From assembly GCF_009914755.1 (NCBI RefSeq), contig NC_060947.1: a DNA stretch of 64,000 nt; one strand, given 5' to 3'. A program made the translations under genes and the position numbers. Below the pieces are notes generated by a model. That model was not told the origin of the DNA. It saw nothing but the letters and a program-made list of their open reading frames with translations, and did not search any database. Position 1 is the first letter of the stretch; each line of letters starts with the position of its first letter. Below, in pieces: positions 24,701 through 36,700 of this stretch. The DNA comes from the human T2T-CHM13v2.0 reference genome, Homo sapiens.

Positions 24701-27700
24701 AAAGCAGTCCAAATCTCCATTTGCAGATTCTACAAAAAGAGTGATTCCAATCTGCTCTATCAATAGGATTGTTCAACTCCATGAGTTGAATGCCATCCTC
24801 ACAAAGTAGTTTCTGAGAATGCTTCTATCTGGTTTTTGTGTGAAGATATTTCCTTTTCCACCACAGGCCTCAAAGCCCTCCAAACGTCCACTTGCAGATT
24901 CTCGAAAAAGAGTGTTTCATAGCTGCTCTTTCAAAAGGAAAGTTCAACTCTGGGAGTTGAATACAAACATCACAAAGTAGTTTCCGAGAATGCTTCTGTT
25001 TAGTTTTTATGTGAAGATGATCCCGTTTCCAGTGAAATCTTCAAAGAGGTCCACATATCCCCTTGCAGATTCCAAAGAAAGAGGGTTTCAAAACTGCTCC
25101 ATCAGAAGGATTGTTCAACTCTGTGAGTTGAATGCAGTCATCGCAGAAAACTTTCTGAGAATGCTTCTGTCTAGGTTTGATGTGAAGATATAGACGTTTC
25201 AAACGAAGGCTACAAAGTGGTCAAAATATACACTTGCAGATTCTACTACAAGGGTGTTGCAAACCTGAACTATCAAAGGAAGGTTCAACTCTGTGAGTTG
25301 AATACAAACATCACAAAGAATGTTCTGAGTTTGCTTCCGTTCAGTTATGGGAAGTTGATCCCGTTTCCAACGAAATCCTCAGAGAGGTCCAAATATCCCC
25401 TTGCAGATTCTACAAAACGTGTGTTTGGAAACTGCTCCATCATAACGAATGTTCAGCTCCCTGAGTTAAACTCCATCGTCACAAAGAATTTTCTGAGAGT
25501 GCTACCGTCTGGTTTTTATATGAAGTTCTTTCCTTCACTACCACAGGCCTCAAAGCGGTCCAAATCTCCACTTGCAGATTCTACAAAAAGAGTGTTTGCA
25601 AACTGCTCTATCAAAAGGAATGTTCAACTCTGGGAGTTGAATGCAATCATCACAGAGCAGTTTCTGAGAATGCTTCTATGTCGTTTTTAGGAGAAGATAT
25701 TTCCTTTTCCAACACAGTCCTCCAAGCCCGCTAAATAGCCACTTGCACATTGTAGAAAAAGTGTGTCAAAGCTGCGCTATCAAAGGGAAAGTTCAACTCT
25801 GTGAGGTGAATGCAAACATCCCAAAGAAGTTTCTGAGAATGCTTCCGTTTAGCTTTTAGTTGAAGATTATCCCGTTTCCAACGAAACCTTCAAAGAGGTC
25901 CAAATATCCCCTTGTGGATCCCACAGAAAGAGTGTTTCGAAACTGCTGTTTCAAAAGGAATCTTCAACTCTGTGAGTTGAATGCAATCATCACAAAGAAG
26001 TTTCTGACAATGCTTCTCTCTCGTCTTTCTGTGAAGATAAAGGAAAAGGCTTTCAGGCCTTTTCCACCACAGGCCTGAAAGCGCTCCAAATGTCCACTTG
26101 CAGATTCTGCCAAAAGAATATTTCAAAACTGCTCTATGAAAAGCAATGTTAAACTCTGTGGCTCGAACACAAACATCACAAAGCAGTTTCTGAGAATGCT
26201 TCAGTTTAGTTTTTCTGTGGAAATATTCCCGTTTCCAAAGAAATCTTCAAAGAGGTCCACGTATCCACTTACAGATTCTACAAAAAGACAGTTTCAAAAC
26301 TGCTCCATCAAAAGGAGGGTTCAACTGTGTGACTTGAATGCAATCATCACTCAGAAGTTTCTGAGAATGCTTCTCTTTAGTTTTTACGTGAACATATACC
26401 CGTTTCGAACGAAGGCCACCCAGTGGTCCAAATATCCACTTGCAGATTCTACAGAAAGAGTGTTTCGAACCTGAACTCTCAAAGGCAGGTTCATCTCTGC
26501 GAGTTAAATGCATTCATCATGAAGAACTTTCTCAGAGTGTTTGTGTTTAGTTATGGGAAATTATTCCCGTTTCCAACGAAATCCTCAGAGAGCTCCAAAT
26601 ATCCACCTGCAGATTCTACCAAAAGTGTATTTGGAAACTGCTCCATCAAAAGGCATGTTCAGCTCTGTGAGTGAAACTCCATCATCACAAAGAATATTCT
26701 GAGAATGCTTCCGTTTGCCTTTTATATGAAGTTCCTTCCTGTACTACTGTAGGCCTCAAAGCAGTCCAAATCTCCATTTGCAGATTCTACAAAAAGAGTG
26801 ATTCCAATCTGCTCTATCAATAGGATTGTTCAACTCCATGAGTTGAATGCCATCCTCACAAAGTAGTTTCTGAGAATGCTTCTATCTGGTTTTTGTGTGA
26901 AGATATTTCCTTTTCCACCACAGGCCTCAAAGCCCTCCAAACGTCCACTTGCAGATTCTCGAAAAAGAGTGTTTCATAGCTGCTCTTTCAAAAGGAAAGT
27001 TCAACTCTGGGAGTTGAATACAAACATCACAAAATAGTTTCCGAGAATGCTTCTGTTTAGTTTTTATGTGAAGATGATCCCGTTTCCAGTGAAATCTTCA
27101 AAGAGGTCCACATATCCCCTTGCAGATTCCAAAGAAAGAGGGTTTCAAAACTGCTCCATCAAAAGGATTGTTCAACTCTGTGAGTTGAATGCAGTCATCG
27201 CAGAAAACTTTCTGAGAATGCTTCTGTCTAGGTTTGATGTGAAGATATAGACGTTTCAAACGAAGGCTACAAAGTGGTCAAAATATACACTTGCAGATTC
27301 TACTACAAGGGTTTTGCAAACCTGAACTATCAAAGGAAGGTTCAACTCTGTGAGTTGAATACAAACATAACAAAGAATGTTCTGAGTTTGCTTCCGTTCA
27401 GTTATGGGAAGTTGATCCCGTTTCCAACGAAATCCTCAGAGAGGTCCAAATATCCCCTCGCAGATTCTACAAAACGTGTGTTTGGAAACTGCTCCATCAT
27501 AACGAATGTTCAGCTCCCTGAGTTAAACTCCATCGTCACAAAGAATTTTCTGAGAGTGCTACCGTCTGGTTTTTATATGAAGTTCTTTCCTTCACTACCA
27601 CAGGCCTCAAAGCGGTCCAAATCTCCACTTGCAGATTCTACAAAAAGAGTGTTTGCAAACTGCTCTATCAAAAGGAATGTTCAACTCTGGGAGTTGAATG

Positions 27701-30700
27701 CAATCATCACAGAGCAGTTTCTGAGAATGCTTCTATGTCGTTTTTAGGAGAAGATATTTCGTTTTCCAACACAGTCCTCCAAGCCCGCTAAATAGCCACT
27801 TGCACATTGTAGAAAAAGTGTGTCAAAGCTGCGCTATCAAAGGGAAAGTTCAACTCTGTGAGGTGAATGCAAACATCCCAAAGAAGTTTCTGAGAATGTT
27901 TCCGTTTAGCTTTTAGGTGAAGATTATCCCGTTTCCAACGAAACCTTCAAAGAGGTCCAAATATCCCCTTGCGGATCCCACAGAAAGAGTGTTTCGAAAC
28001 TGCTGTTTCAAAAGGAATCTTCAACTCTGTGAGTTGAATGCAATCATCACAAAGAAGTTTCTGACAATGCTTCTCTCTCGTCTTTCTGTGAAGATAAAGG
28101 AAAAGGCTTTCAGGCCTTTTCCACCACAGGCCTGAAAGCGCTCCAAATGTCCACTTGTAGATTCTGCCAAAAGAATATTTCAAAACTGCTCTATGAAAAG
28201 CAATGTTAAACTCTGTGGCTCGAACACAAACATCACAAAGCAGTTTCTGAGAATGCTTCAGTTTAGTTTTTCTGTGGAAATATTCCCGTTTCCAAAGAAA
28301 TCTTCAAAGAGGTCCACGTATCCACTTACAGATTCTACAAAAAGACAGTTTCAAAACTGCTCCATCAAAAGGAGGGTTCAACTGTGTGACTTGAATGCAA
28401 TCATCACTCAGAAGTTTCTGAGAATGCTTCTCTTTAGTTTTTACGTGAACATATACCCGTTTTGAACGAAGGCCACCCAGTGGTCCAAATATCCACTTGC
28501 AGATTCTACAGAAAGAGTGTTTCGAACCTGAACTCTCAAAGGCAGGTTCATCTCTGCGAGTTAAATGCATTCATCATGAAGAACTTTCTCAGAGTGTTTG
28601 TGTTTAGTTATGGGAAATTATTCCCGTTTCCAACGAAATCCTCAGAGAGCTCCAAATATCCACCTGCAGTTTCTACCAAAAGTGTAGTTGGAAACTGCTC
28701 CATCAAAAGGCATGTTCAGCTCTGTGAGTGAAACTCCATCATCACAAAGAATATTCTGAGAATGCTTCCGTTTGCCTTTTATATGAAGTTCCTTCCTATA
28801 CTACCGTAGGCCTCAAAGCAGTCCAAATCTCCATTTGCAGATTCTACAAAAAGAGTGATTCCAATCTGCTCTATCAATAGGATTGTTCAACTCCATGAGT
28901 TGAATGCCATCCTCACAAAGTAGTTTCTGAGAATGCTTCTATCTAGTTTTTATGTGAAGATATTTCCTTTTCCACCACAGGCCTCAAAGCCCTCCAAACG
29001 TCCACTTGCAGATTCTCGAAAAAGAGTGTTTCATAGCTGCTCTTTCAAAAGGAAAGTTCAACTCTGGGAGTTGAATACAAACATCACAAAGTAGTTTCCG
29101 AGAATGCTTCTGTTTAGTTTTTATGTGAAGATGATCCCGTTTCCAGTGAAATCTTCAAAGAGGTCCACATATCCCCTTGCAGATTCCAAAGAAAGAGGGT
29201 ATCAAAACTGCTCCATCAGAAGGATTGTTCAACTCTGTGAGTTGAATGCAGTCATCGCAGAAAACTTTCTGAGAATGCTTCTGTCTAGGTTTGATGTGAA
29301 GATATAGACGTTTCAAACGAAGGCTACAAAGTGGTCAAAATATACACTTGCAGATTCTACTACAAGGGTGTTGCAAACCTGAACTATCAAAGGAAGGTTC
29401 AACTCTGTGAGTTGAATACAAACATCACAAAGAATGTTCTGAGTTTGCTTCCGTTCAGTTATGGGAAGTTGATCCCGTTTCCAACGAAATCCTCAGAGAG
29501 GTCCAAATATCCCCTTGCAGATTCTACAAAACGTGTGTTTGGAAACTGCTCCATCATAACGAATGTTCAGCTCCCTGAGTTAAACTCCATCGTCACAAAG
29601 AATTTTCTGAGAGTGCTACCGTCTGGTTTTTATATGAAGTTCTTTCCTTCACTACCACAGGCCTCAAAGCGGTCCAAATCTCCACTTGCAGATTCTACAA
29701 AAAGAGTGTTTGCAAACTGCTCTATCAAAAGGAATGTTCAACTCTGGGAGTTGAATGCAATCGTCACAGAGCAGTTTCTGAGAATGCTTCTATGTCGTTT
29801 TTAGGAGAAGATATTTCCTTTTCCAACACAGTCCTCCAAGCCCGCTAAATAGCCACTTGCACATTGTAGAAAAAGTGTGTCAAAGCTGCGCTATCAAAGG
29901 GAAAGTTCAACTCTGTGAGGTGAATGCAAACATCCCAAAGAAGTTTCTGAGAATGCTTCCGTTTAGCTTTTAGGTGAAGATTATCCCGTTTCCAACGAAA
30001 CCTTCAAAGAGGTCCAAATATCCCCTTGCGGATCCCACAGAAAGAGTGTTTCGAAACTGCTGTTTCAAAAGGAATCTTCAACTCTGTGAGTTGAATGCAA
30101 TCATCACAAAGAAGTTTCTGACAATACTTCTCTCTCGTCTTTCTGTGAAGATAAAGGAAAAGGCTTTCAGGCCTTTTCCACCACACGCCTGAAAGCGCTC
30201 CAAATGTCCACTTGCAGATTCTGCCAAAAGAATATTTCAAAACTGCTCTATGAAAAGCAATGTTAAACTCTGTGGCTCGAACACAAACATCACAAAGCAG
30301 TTTCTGAGAATGCTTCAGTTTAGTTTTTCTGTGGAAATATTCCCGTTTCCAAAGAAATCTTCAAAGAGGTCCACGTATCCACTTACAGATTCTACAAAAA
30401 GACAGTTTCAAAACTGCTCCATCAAAAGGAGGGTTCAACTGTGTGACTTGAATGCAATCATCACTCAGAAGTTTCTGAGAATGCTTCTCTTTAGTTTTTA
30501 CGTGAACATATACCCGTTTCGAACGAAGGCCACCCAGTGGTCCAAATATCCACTTGCAGATTCTACAGAAAGAGTGTTTCGAACCTGAACTCTCAAAGGC
30601 AGGTTCATCTCTGCGAGTTAAATGCATTCATCATGAAGAACTTTCTCAGAGTGTTTGTGTTTAGTTATGGGAAATTATTCCCGTTTCCAACGAAATCCTC

Positions 30701-33700
30701 AGAGAGCTCCAAATATCCACCTGCAGATTCTACCAAAAGTGTATTTGGAAACTGCTCCATCAAAAGGCATGTTCAGCTCTGTGAGTGAAACTCCATCATC
30801 ACAAAGAATATTCTGAGAATGCTTCCGTTTGCCTTTTATATGAAGTTCCTTCCTATACGACCGTAGGCCTCAAAGCAGTCCAAATCTCCATTTGCAGATT
30901 CTACAAAAAGAGTGATTCCAATCTGCTCTATCAATAGGATTGTTCAACTCCATGAGTTGAATGCCATCCTCACGAAGTAGTTTCTGAGAATGCTTCTATC
31001 TAGTTTTTATGTGAAGATATTTCCTTTTCCACCACAGGCCTCAAAGCCCTCCAAACGTCCACTTGCAGATTCTCGAAAAAGAGTGTTTCATAGCTGCTCT
31101 TTCAAAAGGAAAGTTCAACTCTGGGAGTTGAATACAAACATCACAAAGTAGTTTCCGAGAATGCTTCTGTTTAGTTTTTATGTGAAGATGATCCCGTTTC
31201 CAGTGAAATCTTCAAAGAGGTCCACATATCCCCTTTCAGATTCCAACGAAAGAGGGTTTCAAAACTGCTCCATCAGAAGGATTGTTCAACTCTGTGAGTT
31301 GAATGCAGTCATCGCAGAAAACTTTCTGAGAATGCTTCTGTCTAGGTTTGATGTGAAGATATACACGTTTCAAACGAAGGCTACAAAGTGGTCAAAATAT
31401 ACACTTGCAGATTCTACTACAAGGGTGTTGCAAACCTGAACTATCAAAGGAAGGTTCAACTCTGTGAGTTGAATACAAACATCACAAAGAATGTTCTGAG
31501 TTTGCTTCCGTTCAGTTATGGGAAGTTGATCCCGTTTCCAACGAAATCCTCAGAGAGGTCCAAATATCCCCTTGCAGATTCTACAAAACGTGTGTTTGGA
31601 AACTGCTCCATCATAACGAATGTTCAGCTCCCTGAGTTAAACTCCATCGTCACAAAGAATTTTCTGAGAGTGCTACCGTCTGGTTTTTATATGAAGTTCT
31701 TTCCTTCACTACCACAGGCCTCAAAGCGGTCCAAATCTCCACTTGCAGATTCTACAAAAAGAGTGTTTGCAAACTGCTCTATCAAAAGGAATGTTCAACT
31801 CTGGGAGTTGAATGCAATCATCACAGAGCAGTTTCTGAGAATGCTTCTATGTCGTTTTTAGGAGAAGATATTTCCTTTTCCAACACAGTCCTCCAAGCCC
31901 GCTAAATAGCCACTTGCACATTGTAGAAAAAGTGTGTCAAAGCTGCGCTATCAAAGGGAAAGTTCAACTCTGTGAGGTGAATGCAAACATCCCAAAGAAG
32001 TTTCTGAGAATGCTTCCGTTTAGCTTTTAGGTGAAGATTATCCCGTTTCCAACGAAACCTTCAAAGAGGTCCAAATATCCCCTTGCGGATCCCACAGAAA
32101 GAGTGTTTCGAAACTGCTGTTTCAAAAGGAATCTTCAACTCTGTGAGTTGAATGCAATCATCACAAAGAAGTTTCTGACAATGCTTCTCTCTCGTCTTTC
32201 TGTGAAGATAAAGGAAAAGGCTTTCAGGCCTGTTCCACCACAGGCCTGAAAGCGCTCCAAATGTCCACTTGCAGATTCTGCGAAAAGAATATTTCAAAAC
32301 TGCTCTATGAAAAGCAATGTTAAACTCTGTGGCTGGAACACAAACATCACAAAGCGGTTTCTGAGAATGTTTCAGTTTAGTTTTTCTGTGGAAATATTCC
32401 CGTTTCCAAAGAAATCTTCAAAGAGGTCCACGTATCCACTTACAGATTCTACAAAAAGACAGTTTCAAAACTGCTCCATCAAAAGGAGGGTTCAACTGTG
32501 TGACTTGAATGCAATCATCACTCAGAAGTTTCTGAGAATGCTTCTCTTTAGTTTTTACGTGAACATATACCCGTTTCGAACGAAGGCCACCCAGTGGTCC
32601 AAATATCCACTTGCAGATTCTACAGAAAGAGTGTTTCGAACCTGAACTCTCAAAGGCAGGTTCATCTCTGCGAGTTAAATGCATTCATCATGAAGAACTT
32701 TCTCAGAGTGTTTGTGTTTAGTTATGGGAAATTATTCCCGTTTCCAACGAAATCCTCAGAGAGCTCCAAATATCCACCTGCAGATTCTACCAAAAGTGTA
32801 TTTGGAAACTGCTCCATCAAAAGGCATGTTCAGCTCTGTGAGTGAAACTCCATCATCACAAAGAATATTCTGAGAATGCTTCCGTTTGCCTTTTATATGA
32901 AGTTCCTTCCTATACGACCGTAGGCCTCAAAGCAGTCCAAATCTCCATTTGCAGATTCTACAAAAAGAGTGATTCCAATCTGCTCTATCAATAGGATTGT
33001 TCAACTCCATGAGTTGAATGCCATCCTCACAAAGTCGTTTCTGAGAATGCTTCTATCTAGTTTTTATGTGAAGATATTTCCTTTTCCACCACAGGCCTCA
33101 AAGCCTTCCAAACGTCCACTTGCAGATTCTCGAAAAAGAGTGTTTCATAGCTGCTCTTTCAAAAGGAAAGTTCAACTCTGGGAGTTGAATACGAACATCA
33201 CAAAGTAGTTTCCGAGAATGCTTCTGTTTAGTTTTTATGTGAAGATGATCCCGTTTCCAGTGAAATCTTCAAAGAGGTCCACATATCCCCTTGCAGATTC
33301 CAAAGAAAGAGGGTTTCAAAACTGCTCCATCAGAAGGATTGTTCAACTCTGTGAGTTGAATGCAGTCATCGCAGAAAACTTTCTGAGAATGCTTCTGTCT
33401 AGGTTTGATGTGAAGATATAGACGTTTCAAATGAAGGCTACAAAGTGGTCAAAATATACACTTGCAGATTCTACTACAAGGGTGTTGCAAACCTGAACTA
33501 TCAAAGGAAGGTTCAACTCTGTGAGTTGAATACAAACATCACAAAGAATGTTCTGAGTTTGCTTCCGTTCAGTTATGGGAAGTTGATCCCGTTTCCAACG
33601 AAATCCTCAGAGAGGTCCAAATATCCCCTTGCAGATTCTACAAAACGTGTGTTTGGAAACTGCTCCATCATAACGAATGTCCAGCTCCCTGAGTTAAACT

Positions 33701-36700
33701 CCATCGTCACAAAGAATTTTCTGAGAGTGCTACCGTCTGGTTTTTATATGAAGTTCTTTCCTTCACTACCACAGGCCTCAATGCGGTCCAAATCTCCACT
33801 TGCAGATTCTACAAAAAGAGTGTTTGCAAACTGCTCTATCAAAAGGAATGTTCAACTCTGGGAGTTGAATGCAATCATCACAGAGCAGTTTCTGAGAATG
33901 CTTCTATGTCGTTTTTAGGAGAAGATATTTCCTTTTCCAACACAGTCCTCCAAGCCCGCTAAATAGCCACTTGCACATTGTAGAAAAAGTGTGTCAAAGC
34001 TGCGCTATCAAAGGGAAAGTTCAACTCTGTGAGGTGAATGCAAACATCCCAAAGAAGTTTCTGAGAATGCTTCCGTTTAGCTTTTAGGTGAAGATTATCC
34101 CGTTTCCAACGAAACCTTCAAAGAGGTCCAAATATCCCCTTGCGGATCCCACAGAAAGAGTGTTTCGAAACTGCTGTTTCAAAAGGAATCTTCAACTCTG
34201 TGAGTTGAATGCAATCATCACAAAGAAGTTTCTGACAATGCTTCTCTCTCGTCTTTCTGTGAAGATAAAGGAAAAGGCTTTCAGGCCTGTTCCACCACAG
34301 GCCTGAAAGCGCTCCAAATGTCCACTTGCAGATTCTGCGAAAAGAATATTTCAAAACTGCTCTATGAAAAGCAATGTTAAACTCTGTGGCTCGAACACAA
34401 ACATCACAAAGCAGTTTCTGAGAATGCTTCAGTTTAGTTTTTCTGTGGAAATATTCCCGTTTCCAAAGAAATCTTCAAAGAGGTCCACGTATCCACTTAC
34501 AGATTCTACAAAAAGACAGTTTCAAAACTGCTCCATCAAAAGGAGGGTTCAACTGTGTGACTTGAATGCAATCATCACTCAGAAGTTTCTGAGAATGCTT
34601 CTCTTTAGTTTTTACGTGAACATATACCCGTTTCGAACGAAGGCCACCCAGTGGTCCAAATATCCACTTGCAGATTCTACAGAAAGAGTGTTTCGAACCT
34701 GAACTCTCAAAGGCAGGTTCATCTCTGCGAGTTAAATGCATTCATCATGAAGAACTTTCTCAGAGTGTTTGTGTTTAGTTATGGGAAATTATTCCCGTTT
34801 CCAACGAAATCCTCAGAGAGCTCCAAATATCCACCTGCAGATTCTACCAAAAGTGTATTTGGAAACTGCTCCATCAAAAGGCATGTTCAGCTCTGTGAGT
34901 GAAACTCCATCATCACAAAGAATATTCTGAGAATGCTTCCGTTTGCCTTTTATATGAAGTTCCTTCCTGTACTACCGTAGGCCTCAAGGCAGTCCAAATC
35001 TCCATTTGCAGATTCTACAAAAAGAGTGATTCCAATCTGCTCTATCAATAGGATTGTTCAACTCCATGAGTTGAATGCCATCCTCACAAAGTAGTTTCTG
35101 AGAATGCTTCTATCTGGTTTTTGTGTGAAGATATTTCCTTTTCCACCACAGGCCTCAAAGCCCTCCAAACGTCCACTTGCAGATTCTCGAAAAAGAGTGT
35201 TTCATAGCTGCTCTTTCAAAAGGAAAGTTCAACTCTGGGAGTTGAATACAAACATCACAAAATAGTTTCCGAGAATGCTTCTGTTTAGTTTTTATGTGAA
35301 GATGATCCCGTTTCCAGTGAAATCTTCAAAGAGGTCCACATATCCCCTTGCAGATTCCAAAGAAAGAGGGTTTCAAAACTGCTCCATCAAAAGGATTGTT
35401 CAACTCTGGTGAGTTGAATGCAGTCATCGCAGAAAACTTTCTGAGAATGCTTCTGTCTAGGTTTGATGTGAAGATATAGACGTTTCAAACGAAGGCTACA
35501 AAGTGGTCAAAATATACACTTGCAGATTCTACTACAAGGGTGTTGCAAACCTGAACTATGAAAGGAAGGTTCAACTCTGTGAGTTGAATACAAACATCAC
35601 AAAGAATGTTCTGAGTTTGCTTCCGTTCAGTTATGGGAAGTTGATCCCGTTTCCAACGAAATCCTCAGAGAGGTCCAAATATCCACTTGCAGATTCTACA
35701 AAACGTGTGTTTGGAAACTGCTCCATCATAACGAATGTTCAGCTCCCTGAGTTAAACTCCATCGTCACAAAGAATTTTCTGAGAGTGCTACCGTCTGGTT
35801 TTTATATGAAGTTCTTTCCTTCACTACCACAGGCCTCAAAGCGGTCCAAATCTCCACTTGCAGATTCTACAAAAAGAGTGTTTGCAAACTGCTCTATCAA
35901 AAGGAATGTTCAACTCTGGGAGTTGAATGCAATCATCACAGAGCAGTTTCTGAGAATGCTTCTATGTCGTTTTTAGGAGAAGATATTTCCTTTTCCAACA
36001 CAGTCCTCCAAGCCCGCTAAATAGCCACTTGCACATTGTAGAAAAAGTGTGTCAAAGCTGCGCTATCAAAGGGAAAGTTCAACTCTGTGAGGTGAATGCA
36101 AACATCCCAAAGAAGTTTCTGAGAATGCTTCCGTTTAGCTTTTAGGTGAAGATTATCCCGTTTCCAACGAAACCTTCAAAGAGGTCCAAATATCCCCTTG
36201 CGGATCCCACAGAAAGAGTGTTTCGAAACTGCTGTTTCAAAAGGAATCTTCAACTCTGTGAGTTGAATGCAATCATCACAAAGAAGTTTCTGACAATGCT
36301 TCTCTCTCGTCTTTCTGTGAAGATAAAGGAAAAGGCTTTCAGGCCTGTTCCACCACAGGCCTGAAAGCGCTCCAAATGTCCACTTGCAGATTCTGCGAAA
36401 AGAATATTTCAAAACTGCTCTATGAAAAGCAATGTTAAACTCTGTGGCTGGAACACAAACATCACAAAGCGGTTTCTGAGAATGTTTCAGTTTAGTTTTT
36501 CTGTGGAAATATTCCCGTTTCCAAAGAAATCTTCAAAGAGGTCCACGTATCCACTTACAGATTCTACAAAAAGACAGTTTCAAAACTGCTCCATCAAAAG
36601 GAGGGTTCAACTGTGTGACTTGAATGCAATCATCACTCAGAAGTTTCTGAGAATGCTTCTCTTTAGTTTTTACGTGAACATATACCCGTTTCGAACGAAG

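Noticed and set aside
31363-31379. Possible reactivation of the dead offset-851 box
   Set aside because: GACG>CACG is still one base short of CCCG.
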